Part shown: positions 1 to 16,200 of the stretch, one piece after another | Layout of the letters: the number at the start of each line of letters is the position of its first letter | Position numbering within the stretch: position 1 is the first letter of the stretch | Assembly: GCF_963921235.1 (NCBI RefSeq) | Contig: NC_086108.1 | Coordinates: 558,001 to 622,000, forward strand | Origin: Mobula hypostoma | Taxonomy: Eukaryota | DNA: 64,000 nucleotides | Reading direction: 5' to 3' | Made by a program: the position numbers and the translations under genes | Notes under the pieces: model-generated | Database searches by the model: none | The model's input: only the letters and a program-made list of their open reading frames with translations | Told to the model about the DNA's origin: nothing

Positions 1-591
1 AGAAAGAAAATAACAAGAAATAAAGGAAACTAATATACAGTCTAATAAACATATAAATCTCAGAATATGGGAAACGTCTTTTCATCTGCATACAAGGAGA
101 GCAGAGACACAAACTCAGGCCTTTCATAAAGAGTGACATCCAACTCAGGTCCCAAAGCCACAGATCCAGTTCCAAATACTGCCCAGCTGAGGCCAAACTC
201 GCCGATCTGGCTGCCGATTGTCTCGCACCAAGAGATCGCTGACCACCTCTGCATTCACCTTGATGCTTCAGTCTTCCTCGCTGCTTCAAGATGGAGTCAT
301 TCATGATTCCCCCCCCACCCCCACCTTGTCTTTGGTCTTTTCCATGAGCCAGCTTGTGTTCTCGGACCTCTTCGGCATCCCCCACCATCCCTGATCTCAA
401 CGAGGCAGCGCTCAGCTCTCCGAACACAACATAGCTCTGGATGCTTCACCTGTCACAGGCTCCAACAGTTTCTATAACACAATCAAGACAAAAAGAACTT
501 GCAGAAGGCATAGGAAAGTGAAATAAGTGGAAAGTTTTGCTAGCTGGAAGGTGTCGCCTGTGGAATCGTTGTTCACTGGCACCATCTCGGC
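1..591 (-). mobile_element. Non-coding non-LTR-type element; 5' end near 590, runs off the window edge
   Basis: Minus strand begins GGCCGAGATGGTGCCAGTG and shifts from GC-rich to T-rich, the same layout as 18945-19760 and 34920-35575. No convincing ORF. Confidence 0.4.
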
Positions 592-1020
592 CAACTCAGC
601 AAGTCAGGCAACTTCCATGAAGAGAAGCAAGCAGTCAACGTTTTGGGCTGAGACCCTTCATCAGGACAGGAAAGGAAGAAGGAAGAAACCAGAATAAGAA
701 GGCAGGGGGTAGGGTAAAGAGTACAATCTGGCAGATGAAGCCAGGAGAGGAGGAAGGTAGGTGGGTGGAGGAGTGGGGAGGAAGTAGGAAGCTGCAAGTT
801 GATAGGTGGAAAAGATAAAGGGCTAAAGGACTCTGATAAGAGAGGAGAGTGGACCATGGGAGAAAGGGAAGGACGAGGTGAACTAGAGGGACATGATGGG
901 CAGGTGAGGAGAAGAGAAGCGGTGAGAAGTTAGGGAATAGAAAATGAGAGTAGGAGGGAGGATAGAGAGATTACTGGAACTTGAAGAAATCTACGTTTAT
1001 GCCATCAGGTTGGAGACACT
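592..1020 (-). mobile_element. Penelope-like element 3' fragment (end of GIY-YIG ORF plus 3' repeat with degenerate hammerhead)
   Basis: Minus-strand peptide CLQPDGINVDFFKFQ* (971-1020), then a pyrimidine-rich UTR and CTGATGA-AGGGTCTCAGCCC-AAA-ACGT-T-GACTG at 632-667. Homologous to 37888-38393 and 57315-57825. Confidence 0.75.
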
Positions 1021-1349
1021 TTTGTTTATGTTTTCTTATCTTGATTTGACTTTCCAAAATGCAACACCTTACATCTATCTTCCCCAGCTTACTGGAGACT
1101 CTCTGGTAGTCTGGGAGAGTAGCCAGCCCAGTGTTGGCAAGAGGGCTTGTTGAGTTCACAGAGGCCTCGGGGAAGCCATTGTGATGTCAGACTCCATGCA
1201 ACAAGTCCGGAAACCTAGCAACTAGGGAGCCTTTACAGAGCAAGCAGAGTCAACTCAATAAACCTTGACAAGCAGCCCTGTGAGTGAGTAAAATGCCACA
1301 TTTTTAAAGCACAGATTTTCAATGAGGTTTGTGTGTACAGAGTAACATA

Positions 1350-1890
1350 CACCCAGTGACCACTTTATTAGGTACCTCCTAAGAAGAGAAGACAAATGTG
1401 TCTCCTGCTGCTCTTCAAGGTTCAACATGTTGTGCATTCAGAGATGCTCTTCTGCTCACCACTGTTGTAACATGAGGTTATTTGTGTTAATGTCACCTCC
1501 CTGTCAACGAGAACCAGCCTGACCATTCTCCTCTGACCTCTCATTAACAAGGCATCTTTTGCCCACAGAACTGCCACTCACTGATTTTTTTTTGTTTTTC
1601 ACACTATTCTCTGTAAACTCTAGAGGCTGTTCTACATGAAAATCCCAGGACATCAGCAGTTCCTGGGATACTCAAACCACTCTGGCAGGCACCAACACTC
1701 ATTCCACGGTCAAAGTCACTTAGATCACATTTCTTCCCCATTCCGATTTTGGCCTGAACAACAACTGAGCCTCTTGACCATGTCTGCATGCTTTTACACA
1801 TTGAGTTGTTGCCACATGATTGGCTGATTAGATACGTATTCAATTAACAAGCTAGTGTACTGGTGTACCTAACAAAGTGACTGTTGAATG
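1350..1890 (-). mobile_element. Internally deleted Tc1-family DNA transposon
   Basis: TA at 1348-1349 and 1891-1892. TIRs CACCCAGTGACCACTTTATTAGGTAC / GTACCTAACAAAGTGACTGTTGAATG. Residual HTH peptide MGKKCDLSDFDRGMSVGA...GLSI...LGFSCRTASRVYRE. Confidence 0.85.
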
Positions 1891-2176
1891 TATAATGAAA
1901 CATAACAGTTTCCATTGGGATTTCCATGAGCCACATCAGCACAACACCAGATCACTGCGGCCCACTGCGGTGGTGTACTGACTATGAACTCCTCCCCTGA
2001 GGCTTTCACTCGAGCTCCTCAGTGACCCCTTTGTCCCTAAACATGAGCCCAATCAAACCTCTGCTGCCCTGTTCCCCGCTGAGCCACACTGGCTCCCGGC
2101 TCAGCAACACTCTGACCTTCAGATGCTTCACCCCATCTCCAAACCCCTCCATGGCCTCTCATCCTGAGTCCTCGAT

Positions 2177-2189
2177 ATGGCACTGGCAG
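2177..2189 (+). CDS. Candidate first coding exon segment (MALA-G) of an unidentified host gene
   Basis: ATG in good Kozak context (GATATGG) and donor CAG|GTCAGT at 2189/2190. Phase 1 matches exon 18164-18254. The surrounding sequence is non-repetitive. Confidence 0.3.
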
Positions 2190-2397
2190 GTCAGTTTGGA
2201 TTTTCCTGCTCAAGCCCATGGACGAGGTTACAAACACATGATCGCGTAGCATTATGCAAGTCATTGAGCCATAATAGGTACTCAGTAGTCCATTTAGTGT
2301 ATGTATAATTCAATGAATCATCCATATTCAGTGCCTTTAACACAGTACAACAGTATAGTCTTGCTGTGATACAGCACAGAAATAGCCCTTTGGACGG

Positions 2398-2762
2398 AGC
2401 AGGAGCCTCAGGACTCGCACCATCAGGTTCAAGAACAGTTACTATCCTTCAACCATCAGGCTCAAGAACAAAAGGGGATAACTACATTCACCTGCCCCAT
2501 CATTGAGATGTTCCCACAGCCAATGATCTCACTTTCAGGGGCTCTTTATCTTGTTATTTCATATTCTCGTTATTTATTGCTATTTATTGATATTTGCATT
2601 TGCACAGTTTGTTGTGCATTCTGGTTGATCTTTCATTCATCCTGTTACAGTTACTATTCTATAGATTTGCTGAGTATGCCCACAGGAAAATGAATTTCAG
2701 GGTTGTATGTGGTAACATATATGGACTTAGATAATAAAGTTTACCTTGGACTTTGAACTTTG
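2398..2762 (+). mobile_element. Rex1/Babar-like LINE 3' end
   Basis: RSLRTRTIRFKNSYYPSTIRL-type ORF end, then a 3'UTR ending ATAATAAAG...(CTTTGAA)n. The same tail family recurs near 17300, 38660 and 47150. Confidence 0.7.
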
Positions 2763-2795
2763 ATGTTTTGGCTCTGAGGAGCTTTATCAGACCTG

Positions 2796-4017
2796 CATTG
2801 CTACATTGGATACTCTCCAGTTCACCTACTGCTCAAACCAACGCACTGCTAATGTCACAGCCTCGGCCCTCCACTCTGTCCTGTCCCTCTTAGAAAACAA
2901 CTTCCTATTCCAGGATGTTGTTCATCAACTTCAGCTCGATATTTAACGCAATCATCCCTCAGACACTGGTGGGTAAGCTGCCCTCGTTGGCACTCAACAC
3001 CCCTCTCTGTAACTGGATCTTGGACTTCTTGATGGAAAGACCCCAGTCAGTCCGAGTTGGCACCAACATCTCAAGTTCCATCACGCTGAGCATTGGGCTG
3101 CATGCTCAACCCACTGCTGACTCACGGCTGTACTGCCAGAGTCAGTTCAAAATCACATCATCATGTTCACTGATGGTACTACAGAGGTTGGTCTCATCAG
3201 CAACAATGATGAATTGACATACAGAGAGGTTTGTCAAATGGTGTGAGAACAACAACCAGAGTCTCAATGTGGACAAGACAAAAGAGATGATTGTGGACTT
3301 CAGAAAGGCACAGGTCGACCACTCTCCAATGGCTGGGCCGTGGAGAGAGTGAGAAGCACAAAGTTCCTTGGTGTGCACATCAATGGGCAATCTACACCTC
3401 CTCATTAGTCGAGAAGCCACTACACTTTCTGGGGAGACTGAGGCATGCAAAGCTCCCCCGTCCCTATTCTAACAAGTTTGTACAGGAGCACCATTGAGAG
3501 TGTCTGGTCTGGCTGCATCATTGTGTGGCACAGAAGCTACAAACCACTGAACGACACGACAGTGCAGAGAGGAAACCAATGAGAGGATCACCTGCCCCCC
3601 ATTAGTGACATTTACCAGCAACATTGTAGATGAAAAGCCCAAAACATTGTTGGAGATCCCCACCACCCATCTCATAATCTCTTTGACCAACAACGGTCAG
3701 GAAGGAGGTACAGGAGCGTCAGGACTAGGACAGCCAGATGGATAACAGCTTCCTCCCTCAGGCTGCGGGACTAACGAATACCCGGACACCACCAAGGTCT
3801 CATCACCAGGACAGCAAGTTGTTTACTCTTTTCTGTTAACCCGTGCACTACACAGTTTGTATTTTAAAATATATTTTATTGATCATAATATTTTGTTTTA
3901 TGCGCTGAGTGTGATATATGTTTTGTGGGTGCACTATGGTCCAGAGGAACACTGTCTCATTTGGTCGTATATATGTACAATCAGACATTAAATGCAAACT
4001 TGAACGTGAACTTGAAG
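2796..4017 (+). mobile_element. Rex1/Babar-like LINE, degenerate RT to 3' tail
   Basis: [63 protein letters not shown] and SGRRYRSVRTRT, with frameshifts. Tail (AACTTG)n. Confidence 0.8.
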
Positions 4018-4084
4018 TGGAATTACATTAGTCAGTTAAGCTCTAGTTACATCAGTTCATCACGGAAACAGAATGTCGATTCTC

Positions 4085-4228
4085 TTCCTTTGCATTCTCA
4101 TACCAGAGCATCTGTTCTGCGACCAGAACATAAACGCCATCACTGAGAAGGCACGACAGCAACTCTACTTCTTTCGACGTTTGTGTACATTCGGTATGGC
4201 ACCAAAAACTTTGACACTCTTCTACAGG
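4085..4228 (+). mobile_element. Rex1/Babar-like LINE fragment (left half, interrupted at ...TLFYR)
   Basis: [31 protein letters not shown]. The expected continuation (T.ESILTGCI.VWYGN) appears at 16991. Confidence 0.8.
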
Positions 4229-7200
4229 AAACCACACTACAGGACACCCCACAACAGGACACCGCACGACAGGACATCGCACTACAGGACACCGCACTAC
4301 AGGACACCGCACTACAGGACATCGCACTACAGGACACTGCACTACAGGACACTCTTCTACAGGACACCACACTACAGGACACCCCACTACAGGACACCGC
4401 ACTACAGGACATCGCACTACAGGACACCGCACTACAGGACACCGCACTACAGGACATCGCACTACAGGACACTGCACTACAGGACACTTTTCTACAGGAC
4501 ACCGCACTACAGGACACTTTTCTACAGGACACTCTTCTACAGGACACTCTTCTACAGGACATCGCACTACAGGACACCGCACTACAGGACATCGCACTAC
4601 AGGACATCGCACTACAGGACACTCTTCTACAGGACACCACGCTACAGGACATCGCACTACAGGACACCGCACTACAGGACACTCTTCTACAGGACACCAC
4701 GCTACAGGACATCGCACTACAGGACACCCCACTACAGGACACCGCACTACAGGACATCGCACTACAGGACACCGCACTACAGGACACTCTTCTACAGGAC
4801 ATCGCACTACAGGACACCGCACTACAGGACACTCTTCTACAGGACACCACGCTACAGGACATCGCACTACAGGACACCGCACTACAGGACACTCTTCTAC
4901 AGGACACCACGCTACAGGGGACATCGCACTACAGAACACCCCACTACAGGACACCGCACTACAGGACATCGCACTACAGGACACCGCACTACAGGACACT
5001 CTTCTACAGGACATCGCAATACAGGACACCACGCTATAGGACACCACGCTACAGGACACTTCTTCTACAGGACACCGCACTACAGGACACCGCACTACAG
5101 GACATCGCACTACAGGACATCGCACTACAGGACACTCTTCTACAGGACACCCCACTACAGGACACTCTTCTACAGGACATCGCACTACAGGACACCACGC
5201 TACAGGACACCACGCTACAGGACACTCTTCTACAGGACACTCTTCTACAGGACACCGCACTACAGGACATCGCACTACAGGACACTCTTCTACAGGACAC
5301 CGCACTACAGGACACCGCACTACAGGACATCGCACTACAGGACACCCCACTACAGGAGACTCTTCTACAGGACACCGCACTACAGGACACCACGCAACAG
5401 GACACCCCACTACAGGACAATCTTCTACAGGACATCGCACGACAGGACATCGTACTACAGGACACCCCACTACAGGACACCCCACTACAGGACACCACAC
5501 TACAGGACACCCCACTACAGGACACCCCAATACAGGACACCGCACTACAGGACATCGCACTACAGGACACTCTTCTACAGGACACCCCACTACAGGACAT
5601 CGCACTACAGGACACTTTTCTACAGGACACCGCACTACAGGACACTCTTCTACAGGACACCCCACTACAGGACACCGCACTACAGGACACCGCACTACAG
5701 GACACTTTTCTACAGGACACCGCACTACAGGACACTCTTCTACAGGACATCGCACTACAGGACACCGCACTACAGGACACCGCACTACAGGACATCGCAC
5801 TACAGGACACTCTTCTACAGGACACCGCACTACAGGACACCGCACTACAGGACATCGCACTACAGGACATCGCACTACAGGACATCGCACTACAGGATAC
5901 TCTTCTACAGGACACCACGCTACAGGACATCGCACTACAGGACACCGCACTACAGGACACTCTTCTACAGGACACCACACTACAGGACATTGCACTACAG
6001 GACACCGCACTACAGGACACCGCACTACAGGACATCGCACTACAGGACACCGCACTACAGGACACTCTTCTACAGGACACCGCACTACAGGACACCGCAC
6101 TACAGGACACTCTTCTACAGGACACCGCACTACAGGACACCGCACTACAGGACACTCTTCTACAGGACACCGCACTACAGGACACCGCACTACAGGACAC
6201 CCCACTACAGGACACTCTTCTACAGGACACTGCACTACAGGACACCACACTACAGAACACTCTTCTACAGGACACCGCACTACAGGACACCGCACTACAG
6301 GACACCCCGCTACAGGACACTCTTCTACAGGACACCGCACTACAGGACACCGCACTACAGGACATCGCACTACAGGACACCCCACTACAGGACACTCTTC
6401 TACAGGACACCGCACTACAGGACACCACACTACAGGACACCGCACTACAGGACATCGCACTACAGGACACCGCACTACAGGACACCGCACTACAGGACAC
6501 TCTTCTACAGGACACCGCACTACAGGACACCGCACTACAGGACACTCTTCTACAGGACACCGCACTACAGGACATCGCACTACAGGACATCGCACTACAG
6601 GACACCGCACTACAGGACACCGCGCTACAGGACACCACACTACAGGACACTCTTCTACAGGACACCGCACTACAGGACATCGCACTACAGGACATCGCAC
6701 TACAGGACACCGCACTACAGGACACTCTTCTACAGGACACCGCACTACAGGACACTCTTCTACAGGACACCGCACTACAGGACACCGCACTACAGGACAC
6801 CCCACTACAGGACACCGCACTACAGGACACCGCACTACAGGACACTCTTCTACAGGACACCGCACTACAGGACACCGCACTACAGGACACTCTTCTACAG
6901 GACACCGCACTACAGGACACCGCACTACAGGACATCGCACTACAGGACACCGCACTACAGGACACCGCACTACAGGACACCGCACTACAGGACACCGCAC
7001 TACAGGACACTCTTCTACAGGACACCGCACTACAGGACACCGCACTACAGGACACCCCACTACAGGACACCGCACTACAGGACACCGCACTACAGGACAC
7101 CCTTCTACAGGACACCGCACTACAGGACACCGCACTACAGGACACTCTTCTACAGGACACCACACTACAGGACATCGCACTACAGGACATCGCACTACAG

Positions 7201-10200
7201 GACACCGCACTTCAGGACACCACGCTACAGGACACTCTTCTACAGGACACCGCACTACAGGACATCACACTACAGGACACTGTTCTACAGGACACCGCAC
7301 TACAGGACACCCTTCTACAGGACACCGCACTACAGGACATCGCACTACAGGACATCACACTACAGGACACTGTTCTACAGGACACCACGCTACAGGACAT
7401 CGCACTACAGGACATCGCACTACAGGACATCGCACTACAGGACACCGCACTACAGGACACCACACTACAGGACACTCTTCTACAGGACACCGCACTACAG
7501 GACACCGCACTACAGGACACCACACTACAGGACACTCTTCTACAGGACACCCCACTACAGGACACCACACTACAGGACACCGCGCTACAGGACACCATGC
7601 TACAGGACACCACGCTACAGGACACCGCACTACAGGACACCGCACTACAGGACACTCTTCTACAGGACACCGCACTACAGGACACCGCACTACAGGACAC
7701 TCTTCTACAGGACACCACGCTACAGGACATCGCACTACAGGACATCGCACTACAGGACACCGCGCTACAGGACACTATGCTACAGGACACCACGCTACAG
7801 GGCACCGCACTACAGGACACCGCACTACAGGACACCGCGCTACAGGACACTCTTCTACAGGACACTCTTCTACAGGACACCGCACTACAGGACACCGCAC
7901 TACAGGACACCCCACTACAGGACACCGCACTACAGGACACTCTTCTACAGGACACCGCACTACAGGACATCGCACTACAGGACATCGCACTACAGGACAC
8001 CGCACTACAGGACACCGCACTACAGGACACTCTTCTACAGGACACCGCACTACAGGACATCACACTACAGGACACTCTTCTACAGGACACCGCACTACAG
8101 GACATCGCACTACAGGACACCGCACTACAGGACACCCCACTACAGGACACTCTTCTACAGGACACCGCACTACAGGACACCGCACTACAGGACATCGCAC
8201 TACAGGACACCACGCTACAGGACACTCTTCTACAGGAGACCGCACTACAGGACATCGCACTACAGGACATCGCACTACAGGACACCGCACTACAGGACAC
8301 TCTTCTACAGGACATCGCACTACAGGACATCGCACTACAGGACACCCCACTACAGGACACTCTTCTACAGGACACCGCACTACAGGACACCCCACTACAG
8401 GACACTCTTCTACAGGACACCGCACTACAGGACACTCTTCTACAGGACACCACGCTACAGGACATCGCACTACAGGACATCGCACTACAGGACACCGCAC
8501 TTCAGGACACCCCACTACAGAACAATCTTCTACAGGACACCGCACTACAGGACACCGCACTACAGGACACTCTTCTACAGGACACCGCACTACAGGACAC
8601 CGCACTACAGGACACCCCACTACAGGACACCACACTACAGGACACTCTTCTACAGGACACCGCACTACAGGACACCCCACTACAGGACACCGCACTACAG
8701 GACATCGCACTACAGGACACTCTTCTACAGGACACCACACTACAGGACATCGCACTACAGGACATCGCACTACAGGACACCGCACTACAGGACACCGCAC
8801 TACAGGACACCCCACTACAGGACACTCTTCTACAGGACATCGCACTACAGGACATCGCACTACAGGACACCGCACTACAGGACACCCTTCTACAGGACAC
8901 CGCACTACAGGACACTCTTCTAACACGCTACAGGACACCCCACTACAGGACACCCTTCTACAGGACACTCTGCTACAGGACACCACGCTACAGGACATCG
9001 CACTACAGGACACTCTTCTACAGGACACCACGCTACAGGACATCGCACTACAGGACATCGCACTACAGGACACCGCACTTCAGGACACCCCACTACAGAA
9101 CACTCTTCTACAGGACACCGCACTACAGGACACCCCACTACAGGACACTCTTCTACAGGACACCGCACTACAGGACACCGCACTTCAGGACACCACGCTA
9201 CAGGACACCACGCTACAGGACACTCTTCTACAAGACACCGCACTACAGGACATCACACTACAGGACACCGCACTACAGGACATCGCACTACAGGACACTC
9301 TTCTACAGGACACCACGCTACAGGACATCGCACTACAGGACATCGCACTACAGGACACCGCGCTACAGGACACCACGCTACAGGACACCCCACTACAGGA
9401 CACTCTTCTACAGGACATCGCACTACAGGACATCGCACTACAGGACATCGCACTACAGGACACCACGCTACAGGACACTCTTCTACAGGACACCGCACTA
9501 CAGGACATCACACTACAGGACACTCTTCTACAGGACACTCTTCTACAGGACATCGCACGACAGGACACCGCACTACAGGACATCACACTACAGGACACTC
9601 TTCTACAGGACACCACGCTACAGGACATCACACTACAGGACATCGCACTACAGGACACCGCACTACAGGACACTCTTCTACAGGACATCGCACTACAGGA
9701 CACCGCACTACAGGACACTTTTCTACAGGACACCCCACTACAGGACACTCTTCTACAGGACACCGCACTACAGGACACCGCACTACGGGACACCCCACAA
9801 CAGGACATCACACTACAGGACATCGCACTACAGGACACCGCACTACAGAACACTCTTCTACAGGACACCACGCTACAGGACATCGCACTACAGGACATCG
9901 CACTACAGGACACCGCACTACAGGACACCGCACTACAGGACATCGCACTACAGGACACTCTTCTACAGGACACCCCACTACAGGACACCACGCTACAGGA
10001 CACCACGCTACAGGACACTCTTCTACAGGACACCGCACTACAGGACATCACAGTATAGGACACTGCACTACAGGACACCCCACTACAGAACACTCTTCTA
10101 CATTACACCGCACTACAGGACACCGCACTACAGGACATCGCACTACAGGACATCGCGCTACAGGACACTCTTCTACAGGACACCCCACTACAAGACACTT

Positions 10201-13200
10201 TTCTACAGGACACAGCACTACAGGACATCACACTACAGGACACCGCACCACAGGACACCGCACTACAGGACACTGCACTACAGAACATCGCACTACAGGA
10301 CACTGCACTACAGAACATCGCACTACAGGACATCGCACTACAGGACACTCTTCTACAGGACACCCCACTACAGGACACCGCACTACAGGACACCGCACTA
10401 CAGGACATCGCACTACAGGACACCGCACTACAGGACATCGCACTACAGGACACCGCACTACAGGACATCGCACTACAGGACACTCTTCTACAGGACACCC
10501 CACTACAGGACACCGCACTACAGGACACCGCACTACAGGACATCGCACTACAGGACATCGCACTACAGGACACCGCACTACAGGACATTCTTCTACAGGA
10601 CACCGCACTACAGGACATCGCACTACAGGACACCGCACTACAGGACATCACACTACAGGACACCACACTACAGGACACCGCACTACAGGACACCGCACTA
10701 CAGGACACCGCACTACAGGACACCGCACTACAGGACACTCTTCTACAGGACACCGCACTACAGGACACCGCACTACAGGACACCGCACTACAGGACACCA
10801 CACTACAGGACATCGCACTACAGGACACCGCACTACAGGACATCGCACTACAGGACACTCTTCTACAGGACACCCCACTACAGGAGACTCTTCTACAGGA
10901 CATCGCACTACAGGACATCGCACTACAGGACACCCCACTACAGGACACCGCACTACAGGACATCGCACTACAGGACAATCTTCTACAGGACACTGCACTA
11001 CAGGACATCGCACTACAGGACACCGCACTACAGGACATCGCACTACAGGACACTCTTCTACAGGACATCGCACTACAGGACACCGCACTACAGGACACCG
11101 CACTACAGGACACCCCACTACAGGACACCGCACTACAGGACACCGCACTACAGGACACCCCACTACAGGACACCCCACTACAGGACACCGCACTACAGGA
11201 CACCGCACTACAGGACACCGCACTACAGGACACCGCACTACAGGACACCGCACTACAGGACACTCTTCTACAGGACATCGCACTACAGGACACCGCACTA
11301 CAGGACATCGCACTACAGGACACCGCACTACAGGACACTCTTCTACAGGACACCGCACTACAGGACACTCTTCTACAGGACACCGCACTACAGGACACCG
11401 CACTACAGGACACCGCACTACAGGACACCGCACTACAGGACATCGCACTACAGGACACCGCACTACAGGACATCGCACTACAGGACACTCTTCTACAGGA
11501 CACCGCACTACAGGACACCGCACTACAGGACACCGCACTACAGGACATCGCACTACAGGACACTCTTCTACAGGACACTCTTCTACAGGACACCGCACTA
11601 CAGGACACCGCACTACAGGACATCGCACTACAGGACACTGCACTACAGGACACCCCACTACAGGACACCGCACTACAGGACACCGCACTACAGGACATCG
11701 CACTACAGGACACCGCACTACAGGACACCGCACTACAGGACACCCCACTACAGGACACCGCACTACAGGACACCGCACTACAGGACACCGCACTACAGGA
11801 CACTCTTCTACAGGACACCCCACTACAGGACACCGCACTACAGGACACCGCACTACAGGACACCCCACTACAGGACACCGCACTACAGGACACCGCACTA
11901 CAGGACATCACACTACAGGACATCACACTACAGGACATCGCACTACAGGATACCCCACTACAGGACACTCTTCTACAGGACACCGCACTACAGGACACCC
12001 CACTACAGGACACCCCACTACAGGACACCGCACTACAGGACACCGCACTACAGGACACTCTTCTACAGGACACCGCACTACAGGACACCGCACTACAAGT
12101 CATCGCACTACAGGACACACATCTACAGGACACCGCACTACAGGACACTCTTCTACAGGACACTCTTCTACCGCCGCACTACAGGACATCGCACTGCAGG
12201 ACACCCCACTGCAGGACATCGCACTGCAGGACACTCTTCCACAGAAAACCTCACTACAGGACACTCTTCTACAGGACACCGCACTACAGGACACCGCACT
12301 ACAGGACACCGCACTACAGGACACTCTTCTACAGGACACCGCACTACAGGACACCCCACTACAGGACACCCCACTACAGGACACCGCACTACAGGACATC
12401 GCACTACAGGACACTCTTCTACAGGACACCGCACTACAGGACATCGCACTACAGGACACCGCACTACAGGACATCGCACTACAGGACAATCTTCTACAGG
12501 ACATCGCACTACAGGACACCGCACTAAAGGACACCTCACTACAGGACACCGCACTACAGGACACCGCACTACAGGACACCGCACTACAGGACACCCCACT
12601 ACAGGACACCGCACTACAGGACACCGCACTACAGGACACTCTTCTACAGGACACCGCACTACAGGACACCGCACTACAGGACACTCTTCTACAGGACACC
12701 GCACTACAGGACACTCTTCTACAGGACATCGCACTACAGGACAACGCACTACAGGACAACGCACTACAGGACACTGTTCTACAGGACACCACACTACAGG
12801 ACACCGCACTACAGGACATCGCACTACAGGACATCGCACTACAGGACACTCTTCTACAGGACACTGCACTACAGGACACCGCACTACAGGACACCGCACT
12901 ACAGGACATCGCACTACAGGACACCGCACTACAGGACATCGCACTACAGGACACTCTTCTACAGGACACCGCACTACAGGACATCGCACTACAGGACACC
13001 GCACTACAGGACACCGCACTACAGGACATCGCACTACAGGACACTCTTCTACAGGACACCGCACTACAGGACATCGCACTACAGGACATCGCACTACAGG
13101 ACACCGCACTACAGGACACCCCACTACAGGACACCGCACTACAGGACACCCCACTACAGGACACCACACTACAGGACACCGCACTACAGGACACCGCACT

Positions 13201-16200
13201 ACAAGTCATCGCACTACAGGACACTCTTCTACAGGACACCGCACTACAGGAGATTGCACAACAACACTCTTCTACAGGACATCGCTCTACAGGACACTAT
13301 TCTACAGGACACCGCACTACAGGACACCGCACTACAGGACATCGCACTACAGGACACCGCACTACAGGACATCGCACTACAGGACACTCTTCTACAGGAC
13401 ACCGCACTACAGGACACCGCACTACAGGACACTCTTCTACAGGACACCGCACTACAGGACACTCTTCTACAGGACACCGCACTACAGGACACCGCACTAC
13501 AGGACATCGCACTACAGGACACCCCACTGCAGGACATCGCACTGCAGGACACTCTTCTACAGGACACCGCACTACAGGACACTCTTCTACAGGACACCGC
13601 ACTACAGGACACTCTTCTACAGGACATCGCACTACAGGACACCGCACTACAGGACACCGCACTACAGGACACCGCACTACAGGACACCCCACTACAGGAC
13701 ACCCCACTACAGGACACCGCACTACAGGACACTCTTCTACAGGACACCGCACTACAGGACATCGCACTACAGGACACTCTTCTACAGGACACCGCACTAC
13801 AGGACACCGCACTACAGGACACCGCACTACAGGACATCGCACTACAGGACACTCTTCTACAGGACACCGCACTACAGGACATCGCACTACAGGACATCGC
13901 ACTACAGGACACCGCACTACAGGACACCGCACTACAGGACATCGCACTACAGGACACCGCACTACAGGACACCGCACTACAGGACATCGCACTACAGGAC
14001 ACCGCACTACAGGACACTCTTCTACAGGACACCGCACTACAGGACACCGCACTACAGGACACCGCACTACAGGACACTCTTCTACAGGACACCGCACTAC
14101 AGGACATCGCACTACAGGACACTCTTCTACAGGACACCGCACTACAGGACACCGCACTACAGGACACTCTTCTACAGGACACCGCACTACAGGACATCGC
14201 ACTACAGGACACCGCACTACAGGACACCGCACTACAGGACACTCTTCTACAGGACATCGCACTACAGGACACCGCACTACAGGACATGGCACTACAGGAC
14301 ACCGCACTACAGGACACCCCACTACAGGACACTCTTCTACAGGACACCGCACTACAGGACACCGCACTACAGGACATCGCACTACAGGACACTCTTCTAC
14401 AGGACACCGCACTACAGGACATCGCACTACAGGACATCGCACTACAGGACACTCTTCTACAGGACACCACACTACAGGACACCGCACTACAGGACACTCT
14501 TCTACAGGACATCGCACTACAGGACACTCCACTACAGGACACCGCACTACAGGACACCGCACTACAGGACATCGCACTACAGGACATCGCACTACAGGAC
14601 ATCGCACTACAGGACACCGCACTACAGGACACCGCACTACAGGACATCGCACTACAGGACATCGCACTACAGGACACCGCACTACAGGACATCGCACTAC
14701 AGGACACTCTTCTACAGGACACCGCACTACAGGACACCGCACTACAGGACACCCCACTACAGGACACCGCACTACAGGACACCCCACTACAGGACACCGC
14801 ACTACAGGACACCGCACTACAGGACACCGCACTACAGGACATCGCACTACAGGACACTCTTCTACAGGACACCGCACTACAGGAGATTGCACAACAACAC
14901 TCTTCTACAGGACATCGCTCTACAGGACACTATTCTACAGGACACTCTTCTACCACCGCACTACAGGACATCGCACTGCAGGACACCCCACTGCAGGACA
15001 TCGCACTACAGGACACTCTTCTACAGGACACCGCACTACAGGACACTCTTCTACAGGACATCGCACTACAGGACACCGCACTACAGGACACTCTTCTACA
15101 GGACACCACACTACAGGACACCGTACTACGGGACACCGAACTGCAGGACATCGCACTACAGGACACCGCACTACAGGACACCGCACTACAGGACATCGCA
15201 CTACAGGACACCGCACTACAGGACATCGCACTACAGGAGATCGCACTACAAGACATCGCACTACAGGACATCGCACTACAGGACATCGCACTAAAGGACA
15301 CCTCACTACAGGACGCTCTTCTAAGGACATAGCCGTATAGGACACAACACTACAGGACACCGCAGTACAGGATACGCCACTACAGGAGACTGCACTACAG
15401 GACACCCCACTACAGGACACCGCACTACAGGACACTCATCTACAGGACACCGCACTACAGGACACTCTTCTACAAGACACCGCACTACAGAACACCGCAC
15501 TACAGGATACTCTTCTACAGGACACCGCACTACAGGACATCGCACTACAGGACATTGCACTACAGGACACCCTACTACAGGACACCGCACTACAGGACAC
15601 CGCACTACAGGACACCGCACTACAGGACATCGCACTACAGGACACTCTTCTACAGGACACCGCACTACAGGACACCGCACTACAGGACACCACAGTACAG
15701 GACACTCTTCTACAGGACACCGCACTACAGGACATCGCACTACAGGACACCGCACTACAGGACACCGCACTACAGGACACCGCACTACAGGACATCGCAC
15801 TACAGGACACCGCACTACAGGACACTCTTCTACAGGACACCGCACTACAGGACACCGCACTACAGGACACCGCACTACAGGACGTCGCACTACAGGACAT
15901 CGCACTACAGGACATCGCACTACAGGACACCGCACTACAGGACACCGCACTACAGGACACTCTTCTACAGGACACCGCACTACAGGACACCGCACTACAG
16001 GACACCGCACTACAGGACATCGCACTACAGGACACCGCACTACAGGACACCGCACTACAGGACACTCCTCTACAGGACACCGCACTACAGGACACCGCAC
16101 TACAGGACATCGCACTACAGGACACTCTTCTACAGGACACCCCACTACAGGACACCCCACTACAGGACACCGCACTACAGGACACCACGCAACAGGACAC

